Shown in pieces: positions 38,289 through 47,167 of a DNA stretch of 64,000 nt (within the stretch, counting starts at the first letter, position 1; the number at the start of each line of letters is the position of its first letter). Under the pieces are notes generated by a model. That model made no database searches and was not told the origin of the DNA. It saw nothing but the letters and a program-made list of their open reading frames with translations. The position numbers and the translations under genes are program-made. Source of the DNA: Thermoplasmatota archaeon (GTDB lineage: Archaea > Thermoplasmatota > Penumbrarchaeia > Penumbrarchaeales > Penumbrarchaeaceae); NCBI GenBank assembly GCA_025457865.1, contig JALOTP010000012.1, positions 1,443 through 65,442 of the forward strand, read 5' to 3'.

Positions 38289-39317
38289 TCACGTACCTCG
38301 GAGACCGCCCAGAACATGGAACATTCCGACCTTGCTACCAGACCTGGTATCTACGTGGACGTTCCTGAACTTCTCCCCCTTTCCCAGCCCTGGGCCCATA
38401 CCGAGCTCGTCAAGCACATGGTAGGCGAGCGCCGTCACGGCCTGATAGGAGCCATCCTCTACCTTGAGCGATATGCCGAGCCATCTACCACCTACCTCGA
38501 TCGCCATGGATTGAAGCCCCACCGCACCCCCCTTCGAGACCACCCTCCCCGGAAAATCTTCCATGACGGCGGTGTCGAACCGACCGGTACCGGCGACAAG
38601 GTATGGCTCTCCCATCATGGCGTTCCTGATCCGATCGAGATGATTGTGGGTCCTCTGGGAGGAGGGGTTCCCCAACCTTGCGAACATTAGGGCGTATCTG
38701 TCCATGGTCAGAGCATGGTTCGGAAGTCCACAGCCATCGACACCGATGATGATCCGCTCCGGTTCCACGCCGGAGAGGTCTGAGACCGCCGCCGTGACCT
38801 CCGTCTGTGCCGGGTGGTCCATATCAAGATAGGAATCCAGAGGATAGCCCCTGAACCTGGACAGAAGGAGGACCCCCGCATGCTTTCCGGAGCAGTTGTC
38901 GTGTATGGGGGCGAACTTGCCCATGAGCGGTATTGCAGTCTCCTGGTGGAAGGGGGGGTGGCCTCCGCATCTGAGGTATGATTCATCAAGCCCCCCCTTC
39001 TTCAGGATGGACCTGACCAATTCGACATGGGCGGTCTCGCCCGAATGGGACCCCGAGACCACGGCGAGCTCCCTCTCGTTCAGGTCGAAGTGGTCGAAAG
39101 CCCCTGATGTTAGCAAAGGCAGGGCCTGGAAAGGTTTCATGCAGGACCTGCTGAAGGTGAGGTAATTGGGGTTTCCGCTGGAGAAGAGCAGCTCGCCCTT
39201 TTGGTTCACAACTGCGACGTGTGCCCTGTGGACAGCCTCGACCAATCCATTGCGCTCCTCCGCAATGACATGTGAGCCTTTGGCCTGCCGTTTCTTCCTC
39301 AGTTCTTCCAGGAGCAT
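38289..39317 (-). CDS. L-asparaginase II (Rhizobium AnsA-type)
   Basis: RSCMKPFQ, SHSGE, NCSGKH, DGCG, SKGGA, KVEDG. Confidence 0.9.
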   Translation of the reverse strand: MLLEELRKKRQAKGSHVIAEERNGLVEAVHRAHVAVVNQKGELLFSSGNPNYLTFSRSCMKPFQALPLLTSGAFDHFDLNERELAVVSGSHSGETAHVELVRSILKKGGLDESYLRCGGHPPFHQETAIPLMGKFAPIHDNCSGKHAGVLLLSRFRGYPLDSYLDMDHPAQTEVTAAVSDLSGVEPERIIIGVDGCGLPNHALTMDRYALMFARLGNPSSQRTHNHLDRIRNAMMGEPYLVAGTGRFDTAVMEDFPGRVVSKGGAVGLQSMAIEVGGRWLGISLKVEDGSYQAVTALAYHVLDELGMGPGLGKGEKFRNVHVDTRSGSKVGMFHVLGGLRGT

Positions 39318-39383
39318 GCAGGGTCATACGATAGCGCATTTATTAATTTTCCAAACCGATATTGCCAGGACCTAGGGTGCATC

Positions 39384-40577
39384 TCACTTGGACATAGCCC
39401 TTTTAAAGAGCGGTATGGCAACGAAAAGAAGGACGGTCCCGAACCCGAAGAGGATGACCACTTCGGTCAGAATGTCCTGGACCCCCGCTCCCAGCACTAT
39501 GACTTTCCTCATGGCTTGTATGGCATAGGTAAGGGGGAGGGCTTTGGAAGCATACTGCATGTACCAGGGCATCTGCTCTACAGGGAAGAATACCCCCGAA
39601 AGGAACATCATTGGGAACTGGAGCAGCATCATGAACATCTGAGCGGTCTCCTCGTCCGATGCGATTGAGGTTATTGTGATGCCTACCCCGATGAAGCTGA
39701 AAATGCCAAGGAGCAGAAGGCCTATGACAAGCCATAGAGGACCGTTGACCGTGACCCCGAACAGGACTATCGCCAACAGGAGGACTATACCTCCCTGGGT
39801 CATACCTCGGACGCTCTGGGCCAATGTCTTGCCCATGATGATCGAGAACCTGCTCGTCGGAGCGGCAAGGATGCCGTCGAAAGTGCCCGTCTCCTTTTCG
39901 TGCGATATGGCCCTGGGCAGACCTTGCATAACGCTGAACATGACCAACAGCATCATTATCCCTGGAGCCAGGAACTGGAAATAGCTGGGGTTCCCCGGGA
40001 CGGTCCCTTTATTGCTGACCTTGAACGGTGTGACCAGCGCTGAAGATGCATTCTTGTCAAGACCGATCGTCCTATTGACCGTTGACGCAGCCTTCAAAGT
40101 GCCAGTCCTGGATATTGCACTGTCCAATGCTGCCATGACCTGCAATGATATCTGTGGCTTGGATTGGTCGTACAGGACGGTGACAGGTCCCTGTTTGCCC
40201 GAACCTATGTCCTTAGTGAAGTTGTGACCGATTATTACTGCCCCGCTCATCCTCCCCTTGGTGATCAGGTCCCGTGCCTCGCTCTCGGAACCCGTTGTCC
40301 TGAAATCGAAGTAACCCGACCTTTGTCCCATTTCTTCAAGGTCCACTATTAGGGCAACGGATTCGTTCCCGTAGACACCATCGTTAATGTCCTGGTTCAC
40401 CAGGGCGATGGGCATGTCCTTCAATGTGCTGCCAGTTGGAAAGATATACCCTGTGAGGACCATCATGAAGAGAGGGAAGATGATGAGCATTACCAGGAGC
40501 ATCCTGTTCCTTGAGAACTCGAGAAGGTCCTTCTGTGCTATCCAGATCGAGTGTTTCAATAGATGGGCGATCTTCAT
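39384..40577 (-). CDS. ABC-2 exporter permease (DrrB-like)
   Basis: EKETGT, FLSGVFFP, PLTYA; GAGGTGA SD. Confidence 0.9.
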   Translation of the reverse strand: MKIAHLLKHSIWIAQKDLLEFSRNRMLLVMLIIFPLFMMVLTGYIFPTGSTLKDMPIALVNQDINDGVYGNESVALIVDLEEMGQRSGYFDFRTTGSESEARDLITKGRMSGAVIIGHNFTKDIGSGKQGPVTVLYDQSKPQISLQVMAALDSAISRTGTLKAASTVNRTIGLDKNASSALVTPFKVSNKGTVPGNPSYFQFLAPGIMMLLVMFSVMQGLPRAISHEKETGTFDGILAAPTSRFSIIMGKTLAQSVRGMTQGGIVLLLAIVLFGVTVNGPLWLVIGLLLLGIFSFIGVGITITSIASDEETAQMFMMLLQFPMMFLSGVFFPVEQMPWYMQYASKALPLTYAIQAMRKVIVLGAGVQDILTEVVILFGFGTVLLFVAIPLFKRAMSK

Positions 40578-40583
40578 CCGATA

Positions 40584-41621
40584 TCACCTCACCCTGCCGC
40601 TCCCGGACCTTCTCCAGGGCCCATGACCACCCTTCATGGGGACCTTGTCCTTCACCTCATCGACCATGGACCTACCTGTGAAGTGGAGGAACACGTCCTC
40701 AAGGGATGGGCTGGAAACGGACGCGTTCCGCAATCTCAGGCCGTTCTCCCTCACTGCGCTCAGAACCTCTTCGAACGCATTTTCCCTTGAGACCATCACC
40801 TTTACCCGGTTCTCTGTCTGCGCAGCACTTAGGACGGATTCTGCCCTACTCAACCTGTCCGCAGCGTCGGGCGGAGGATCGAAAAGGTCAAGGTCCACGA
40901 TGGTCCGCCCTTTCTCGGTTATCCTCCCCTTTAGCTCAGAGGGGGACCCGATGGCCGCGATCCTGCCCTTGTCGATAAGACCTATGCGGCCGCATAGGAC
41001 ATCTGCTTCGTTCATGATGTGGGTCGTCAGTACGATCGTCAGGCCGTCGGACCTGTTCAACCTCTGTATCAGCTTCCGTATCTCGGTCGTGCTCTGTGGG
41101 TCCAATCCGAGGGTCGGTTCGTCCATGAACACCACCCTGGGTTTTGACACAAGGGAACGGACGACATTTATCCTCTGTCTCATCCCAGTTGAGAACTTGC
41201 CGATCTGTGTATCGGCCCATTTTGTCATGTTCACGATGGTCAAAAGTTCCTCGATGCGATCATCAAGCGCCCTCCTGGGAACGTTATAGAGCCTGCCGAA
41301 GAGCCTGAGGTTCTCCCGAGGGGTCAACCTATCGTACATTATCATCTTCTCGGATACTATACCGACCATCTCCCTGACCTTATGAGGGTCCCTAACGATA
41401 TCATGACCTGCTACCGTTGCCGTGCCGGAAGTGGGCCTGGATAGTGTTGTTAGCATCCTTATTATGGTGGATTTTCCAGCGCCGTTAGGGCCCAATAGAC
41501 CGAATATCTCCCCCTCATTGACACAGAAGTCCACACCATCCACGGCCGTGAAACCACCGAACTTCTTTGTCAGACCTTTCGTCTCGATATTGCAGGAATG
41601 GCCCGGGCTGGTCACTCTCAC
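40584..41621 (-). CDS. ABC exporter ATP-binding protein (DrrA-like)
   Basis: GPNGAGKST, FSTGM, MDEPTLGLDP, PSLEDVF. Confidence 0.92.
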   Translation of the reverse strand: MRVTSPGHSCNIETKGLTKKFGGFTAVDGVDFCVNEGEIFGLLGPNGAGKSTIIRMLTTLSRPTSGTATVAGHDIVRDPHKVREMVGIVSEKMIMYDRLTPRENLRLFGRLYNVPRRALDDRIEELLTIVNMTKWADTQIGKFSTGMRQRINVVRSLVSKPRVVFMDEPTLGLDPQSTTEIRKLIQRLNRSDGLTIVLTTHIMNEADVLCGRIGLIDKGRIAAIGSPSELKGRITEKGRTIVDLDLFDPPPDAADRLSRAESVLSAAQTENRVKVMVSRENAFEEVLSAVRENGLRLRNASVSSPSLEDVFLHFTGRSMVDEVKDKVPMKGGHGPWRRSGSGRVR

Positions 41622-41896
41622 CCCCCCCTTGTCCTAGAACTTTTCATTCCCTGCTTTTTTTCAGACCTCTTGAGGAGGTACTTGACCCGCTTGCCCGTCG
41701 CCTCCATATCCTCCAGGACCCCGGCCAAAGATGAGGCTTTGAATAGGACCATCGAAGGGCCCCCCATCCCATATCTTGACATGACGATGAGCGTGTCACC
41801 GGGTTTTATATCACATTCTTTCCTGATGTTGACAGGTAGGACTATCTGTCCCCTGGAACCGACCGTCGCACTACCTATTATGACGTTCTCGGGCAT
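41618..41896 (-). CDS. AbrB/MazE/SpoVT-family DNA-binding protein
   Basis: VGSRGQIVLPVNIRKECDIKPGDTL; first gene of the ABC operon. Confidence 0.88.
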   Translation of the reverse strand: MPENVIIGSATVGSRGQIVLPVNIRKECDIKPGDTLIVMSRYGMGGPSMVLFKASSLAGVLEDMEATGKRVKYLLKRSEKKQGMKSSRTRGG

Positions 41897-41930
41897 GAAG
41901 GCACCTATGTGCGGTAAGGTCGGTCACTAT

Positions 41931-41972
41931 TTATGCATTATCATACTTATCATACATTTCATATTTTCATTT
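41931..41972 (-). promoter_or_regulatory. Candidate operator of short tandem ATGA-core repeats upstream of the AbrB-ABC operon
   Basis: Minus strand AAATGAAAATATGAAATGTATGATAAGTATGATAATGCATAA; perfect TTATCATAC x2 at 41938-41955. Confidence 0.5.
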
Positions 41973-42080
41973 TTTAAGGGTCGATCCACGAGCGTCCACA
42001 TATGCGAAGGTCAAAGCCCCAACTTTGGTAGGGCCTGATATGGGATGAAGTGGGACAGGACGAGCCTGGGATAGGGTTCG

Positions 42081-43409
42081 TTAAAGGACCATGGTCGGAT
42101 AATTGCCCTTCACGAAGTACATCAGACTGTGTCCGTTCTCCGGACCGATGTAATACTGGTAGGCTATGTTCAGGGCCAGGTCCGGTGTGATGACTATCTC
42201 GAAGAAATCGTGGAGCGCATGGAGGTCCTCTCCCACGTACGTGGGGGTGGGGTCGGCCTTGGTGAAATTGATGGAAGGGGTCTGTGATGCACCGAACGGG
42301 TCCATACCTCCATAGACGTACCATTCGCTCTCGGGAGATATTGGTAAGCCATCTGAAGCATAGAAGGCCACTGCAACGGAGCCGTCGGGACCGGCATTTA
42401 TAGTAGGATAATCGAAGAACGCCTGGAATGGTGTCATGTTCCAGGTCTCCCAGGTCCTGCCGGCATCCAGGCTCCTCCCGATGAAAAGGCTAGTTCCGTT
42501 CTCCACGCCGTTGGTGGCATCGTTCCAGAGGACCCAAACGATACCATCGCCATAGGTGGATACCACAGGGTACTCTCTTCCGGGACCATCCCTGTGGCCT
42601 ATGAGCACGGGATCGTCCCAGTTCCAGGACCTGCCGCCGTCGTCGCTGACGTACATCAATATGTCGGCCGCGGCCCCGACCTCGCTCTCCGATACTATGT
42701 AGACATGGTCCCCGTTCCGGTCTGCATCTATATGGGCCCACCCGTTCCCCGGGACGGGTTCTCCGGCCGTCCAGGTCCTGCCCCCGTTCCCGGACCGGTA
42801 ATACCAGTACCTTCCACCATTGACCTCGACAGCATTGTTGCCAAGATAATGGAGGACACCGGAGGCCTGGGCCGATATCCAAGGCCGGTCATCAAGACCC
42901 GTTGTCTTCTGGACCCTCACGGAGTATTGATAATTTCCCTGGTCCGCCCAGACATGGATGTGGTTGTCCAAAAGGTATGTGTCAACGAAATAGACATAAT
43001 CCCTTCCATCTATGGCGATATCCCCTTCGTCACCCAGGTATGTCTTCCAGAGGTCGCCCCTGAGCCTTGGTTGGGACGGGGAGTCCCATGTGGCCCCCCC
43101 ATCGGTGCTTACGAAGAACCAGGAAGCGGGATAGTCCCAAGAGCTCTTGTCGTCGAGGTTCTTGTGGGCGGTGTAGAAGAGGGCACCGGTCGAGTCGGAT
43201 GCAATACCGGGTTCGTAACCTTGCTTGTTGAAAGCATAGGGTTCTCCGAACTGGACAGCGACAGGCTCGGGAAGGGGCGTTTCATCCTTCCCGTCACCTG
43301 CGGGGGTCGGGCCGCTCGAGACCGCGGTGATGAGGATGATGATCACGACTATAGCTACCACGGCTCCGGCGATCGATATGCCCAGGACGCCCTTTCTCTT
43401 CATGGCCAT
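42081..43409 (-). CDS. Membrane-anchored BNR/Asp-box (sialidase-like) beta-propeller protein
   Basis: STDGGATW, SGNGGRTW, SDDGGRSW, SLDAGRTW; DRPW; N-terminal TM. Confidence 0.85.
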   Translation of the reverse strand: MAMKRKGVLGISIAGAVVAIVVIIILITAVSSGPTPAGDGKDETPLPEPVAVQFGEPYAFNKQGYEPGIASDSTGALFYTAHKNLDDKSSWDYPASWFFVSTDGGATWDSPSQPRLRGDLWKTYLGDEGDIAIDGRDYVYFVDTYLLDNHIHVWADQGNYQYSVRVQKTTGLDDRPWISAQASGVLHYLGNNAVEVNGGRYWYYRSGNGGRTWTAGEPVPGNGWAHIDADRNGDHVYIVSESEVGAAADILMYVSDDGGRSWNWDDPVLIGHRDGPGREYPVVSTYGDGIVWVLWNDATNGVENGTSLFIGRSLDAGRTWETWNMTPFQAFFDYPTINAGPDGSVAVAFYASDGLPISPESEWYVYGGMDPFGASQTPSINFTKADPTPTYVGEDLHALHDFFEIVITPDLALNIAYQYYIGPENGHSLMYFVKGNYPTMVL

Positions 43410-43465
43410 CCTACCTTGATGGTCTCGTGGACTTATAAAGATAGCACTGCTCCCTTTGACCTATG

Positions 43466-44284
43466 TTAGTCCCAGTATCTCCCGGACCCTGTCATCATCT
43501 GCTTGTAGATGGCGAGCGGCCATTGGCCTTCTTTGCCGCCCTTCGTTTTGGGCATCTCCTCCGAATAGATGAAGCAGCTCCGCAGTATCCCCAGAAAGAA
43601 CACTCTCCTCTTGGGAACGAAGATGTTCCGTTTGTTGATGTAGCCGTTCTGGTCTATCATCAGCACCGGGCTGCCGCTCGAGCCGGGGAATATGGACCCG
43701 TCGAGGAGGAACATGGATTTCCCGTTAAAGTCAATGGAGAACGGGGTCGCTGTCGTCCCTTTCCTTACGACCGGTAGATAGTTCACCTTATCATGGACAT
43801 CGTTCGGATAGCCTATGAAATAGACGTCCTCAAGGGCATCTATCATCGTTCTTCTCTGCCTCATTGTCGGTACCAGGTCCTTGGTGAGGGCCTGGACGTA
43901 GGTCCTGTCCCTGTTCTTCCTCAGGAAATCGTAGATGAAGGAGACCGGCATGATCGCGAGGTCGATGTCGTCAGGATGGTGATGCCACCCTTTCCAGACG
44001 TCTTTGACCTTGAGGCTCACCTTGCCTTGAGGGTCGGGGAGGTCCCCGATCCTTGAGTGCAATGTCAGTGTACCCTCGTTCAGTTCGTTCACCACATGGC
44101 TGTTGGACACCAGGAAGAGGTGGTCGACGCCTGCGAAGCGATGGTTGTAGAAGAACGCTGTCCCGCTGACCTTGTCCCCGTCCTCGCTGATGCCGCTCAT
44201 CCGGACAGTGATGTAGAAGAGCCTTTCGAGCAATGAGGGACCTTTGATCATCTTCCCATATCTCCCCGTCCCATCATGACCCAC
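43466..44284 (-). CDS. Trypsin-like serine protease (possibly with damaged C-terminus)
   Basis: Triad motifs VSNSHV, DIDLAI, FPGSSGSPV. Confidence 0.8.
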   Translation of the reverse strand: MGHDGTGRYGKMIKGPSLLERLFYITVRMSGISEDGDKVSGTAFFYNHRFAGVDHLFLVSNSHVVNELNEGTLTLHSRIGDLPDPQGKVSLKVKDVWKGWHHHPDDIDLAIMPVSFIYDFLRKNRDRTYVQALTKDLVPTMRQRRTMIDALEDVYFIGYPNDVHDKVNYLPVVRKGTTATPFSIDFNGKSMFLLDGSIFPGSSGSPVLMIDQNGYINKRNIFVPKRRVFFLGILRSCFIYSEEMPKTKGGKEGQWPLAIYKQMMTGSGRYWD

Positions 44285-44490
44285 TTTTATGTAAATAATA
44301 CTGCCCGCTCCGAACAGCTTGGACCGATAAAAGAGGTTGTATTCGGACCGCTAGGTTGCGGGCGGAGGGATAGGTCAGGGACTGTGGGGATGATGACCGG
44401 AAAAATGTTGACAATTACCCCCGCCTGTCCGACATTTAAATATATTATTAGGAGCAATCCCATTTTGTCTGTTACGTGGGGGAACTAAAC

Positions 44491-44988
44491 ATGAGGGTAA
44501 TGACGATAGTAATAACAATGACATTTGTGTGTCTCGCACTAGCTGGAATGTTGAGCATCGAGGGCGAAGGGGCTAGGACGTGGGAGAGCAAGCACATCTA
44601 TTCCGGCCAGTGGTTGTTTTTCGAGGTCGGAAATCTGGACAAGGGTGTGGAGATAGAATACGGTGTAAAGGTCACCACCCCGGACGAGTCCGTGAACCTG
44701 GCGTTCATGGATTCGACCAACTACGCGGCCTTCTCTTCCAGCGTAGGAGAGACCTTCGTGGGCCAGGACGTCCAGTACCAGGTCAGGAGCAGGGAGGCCA
44801 AATGGACGACCCCGTACCAGCAGCAGTGGTATTTCGTAGCGATATCCGATAGCGGGTACGAGATCGACATCGATTATTATGTCGAGGCCAAGGAGGACTC
44901 GACAGATGTCGCCTGCCTTGGCAGTATATTCGCGGGGGTTTTGATCCTCCTCGCAGTAACCGTAGCGGTCTCCTACCTGAGAAAGTAG
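44491..44988 (+). CDS. Small secreted beta-sandwich protein with C-terminal Cys-TM-basic anchor
   Basis: Signal peptide; tail 'VACLGSIFAGVLILLAVTVAVSYLRK'. Confidence 0.7.
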   Translation: MRVMTIVITMTFVCLALAGMLSIEGEGARTWESKHIYSGQWLFFEVGNLDKGVEIEYGVKVTTPDESVNLAFMDSTNYAAFSSSVGETFVGQDVQYQVRSREAKWTTPYQQQWYFVAISDSGYEIDIDYYVEAKEDSTDVACLGSIFAGVLILLAVTVAVSYLRK

Positions 44989-45051
44989 GTTTCGGTTCAT
45001 TGTTCTGATATTTTAGCGCTAAGTACGTGGGATAATGGGGGTTCGAGAGAT

Positions 45052-46944
45052 ATGCGCGGAGTAGATAAGGGAGATGCGGTTAGAATTGGATTGGTATTCC
45101 TGCTGGTATCTGTCCTGATCACCTCTGGATGCATCCAGGAAGAGAAGGACGATGGGGACAAGAATAAAGGTGGAGGGGGTCAGACCGGGGGGGCGGACAC
45201 GGACAAGGATGGGGTACTCGATGCCACTGATGCTTTCCCTAGCGACCCTGCCGCATCGGTCGACACCGATGGCGACGGACTGCCGAACCAGTGGAACCCC
45301 GGCCAATCGCAATCGAACTCTACGACCGGCCTGACGATAGACCCCTACCCCAACGATCCGAACAACGGGGCGGGTGATGACGATGATGATAATAATACAA
45401 ACAACAACACCTCCGGGGACACTTGGACGTTCATGGTCTATATGAGCGATTGCGACCTGGAGTACTTCGCTCTACTAGATTTCAACGAGATGGAATCCAT
45501 AGGCAGCGGGGACAAGTACAATATCGTCGTACAATTGGACAGATGGGAGAGCGACTCCGAAAGGGATGACCGGTCGAACGGGGACTGGCGGACGGCTAAG
45601 AGGTTCCTGGTGAAAAAGGACGCGAACGCCGAGCTCATAAGCTCGCCGGCGATTTCGGACCAGGGGGAGATAAACTGCGGGGACCCAGCACAGCTGGTTA
45701 GCTTCGTTAAATGGGCTATGACGACCTATCCCGCGGAGCATTACTTCCTTGACCTCTGGGACCATGGTGACGGTATCGAGGGCGTCTGCTGGGACCAGTC
45801 GACCCCGGGTAACGACCAACTAACGATCAAAGAGCTGGGGTCCGCATTGTCACAGATCACGAACAACGGGGCCAAGAAGCTCGACATCATTGGGTTCGAT
45901 GCGTGCCTGATGTCGACCATAGAGGTCGCCTACGAAATGGCGCCGTATTCCAAATACATGATAGCCTCCGAGATAACCGAACCAGGCTCGGGCTGGGATT
46001 ACTCCTTCCTTTCCGCGCTCGCCACGGACCCGACCATAGGCGCGGTCCCGCTCGGTAAGAAGATAGTTGACACCTTCGTGGCACAGAGGACCGAGAACCC
46101 TGCGCAGTCCCATACTTTGAGCCTCCTGGACCAATCCAAGGTCGGAGGTGTGAAGTCAAACCTGGACCAGTTCACGGCCGCGGTCAAGAATGCAAGCGGG
46201 ACAGAGCTGTCGGTCATGAAGCAGGCCAGAGAGAGCGCTCAGCCGATAAAGAAAGGGTCTTCTTCCAACATGGTGGACATATACGATTACCTGACCAAGG
46301 CAAAGACACTTTCCGGGAACGGTAATGTCCAGACAGGTGCGCAGAAGGTCATCGATTCGCTCGGCGGCTTCGTCCTCCACTTCCTGAAGTTCAGCGGGAC
46401 CAATGACCTCAACGTTGACAATGCGCATGGATTGAGCATATACGCCCCAGAGTTCGGTCTGGCCCAGCAGGACGAGTACGCCGACACATCGTTCGAGGAC
46501 GATTCGAGCTGGGACGAGCTCCTGGACGATTACTACAGCGAGTTCCAGGTGGACCAGGTCATATATTTCGTCCCGGCGACATTGATGTACATGACGACCG
46601 ACGGGGACCTGGACGGTGACCAAGATTCGCTCTGGGTACAGTTCGAGATCAACTCCCGGGAGGACTACGTCTACGGATACCTCTCTATTGATGTCTATGA
46701 CGCCCTGGGATATCTCATAGACTACCTCGAGTATAACTTCGTCATAAGCACATACGAGACGATCTCCGTAGAACTGGGGGAGCTCGGGTTCGCACTGGAA
46801 GAGACCGACGGGGAGCCAGGGTATTACCAGATGGTCATCTACATGTGCCTTGGCGACCAGTTCGATATAGACTACATCCAGGACTATGCAGAGACCGACC
46901 TTGTTTGGCTCGAATACTATGAGGGTGGCGGTGGGGGCGGATAG
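45052..46944 (+). CDS. Clostripain-family (C11) cysteine peptidase, lipoprotein with TSP3 repeats
   Basis: Lipobox ITSGC; DTDKDG/DTDGDG; WTFMVYM; WDHGDG (His); FDACLM (Cys); ASE..PG.GWDY; GLSIY. Confidence 0.92.
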   Translation: MRGVDKGDAVRIGLVFLLVSVLITSGCIQEEKDDGDKNKGGGGQTGGADTDKDGVLDATDAFPSDPAASVDTDGDGLPNQWNPGQSQSNSTTGLTIDPYPNDPNNGAGDDDDDNNTNNNTSGDTWTFMVYMSDCDLEYFALLDFNEMESIGSGDKYNIVVQLDRWESDSERDDRSNGDWRTAKRFLVKKDANAELISSPAISDQGEINCGDPAQLVSFVKWAMTTYPAEHYFLDLWDHGDGIEGVCWDQSTPGNDQLTIKELGSALSQITNNGAKKLDIIGFDACLMSTIEVAYEMAPYSKYMIASEITEPGSGWDYSFLSALATDPTIGAVPLGKKIVDTFVAQRTENPAQSHTLSLLDQSKVGGVKSNLDQFTAAVKNASGTELSVMKQARESAQPIKKGSSSNMVDIYDYLTKAKTLSGNGNVQTGAQKVIDSLGGFVLHFLKFSGTNDLNVDNAHGLSIYAPEFGLAQQDEYADTSFEDDSSWDELLDDYYSEFQVDQVIYFVPATLMYMTTDGDLDGDQDSLWVQFEINSREDYVYGYLSIDVYDALGYLIDYLEYNFVISTYETISVELGELGFALEETDGEPGYYQMVIYMCLGDQFDIDYIQDYAETDLVWLEYYEGGGGGG

Positions 46945-46968
46945 GTAATATCGAGAAGTGATAGGATA

Positions 46969-46977
46969 TTTTTTTTT
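46969..46977 (+). terminator. Archaeal oligo-T terminator (T9)
   Basis: T9 run 24 nt after the clostripain stop. Confidence 0.5.
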
Positions 46978-47167
46978 GTCCCGGTCCACTGATAGCCATT
47001 AGGAGCGATCGTTCGCCCATACCGACACCTTATTAAGGTCACTGTTCAATCTATATCAATAGGATGGGGGTGTTGGTCTGAAGGATGTTGGAAAAGGGAA
47101 AATACAAACCAGACAGGAACGGATAGAGAACGCCTCAGAGCTTTTCCTCAAAGCCTTTGACAGGGTC

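Noticed and set aside
46924-46944. C-terminal GGGGG of clostripain as a ubiquitin-like GG motif
   Set aside because: This is a secreted lipoprotein with no evidence of a beta-grasp fold, so it is likely a low-complexity tail.
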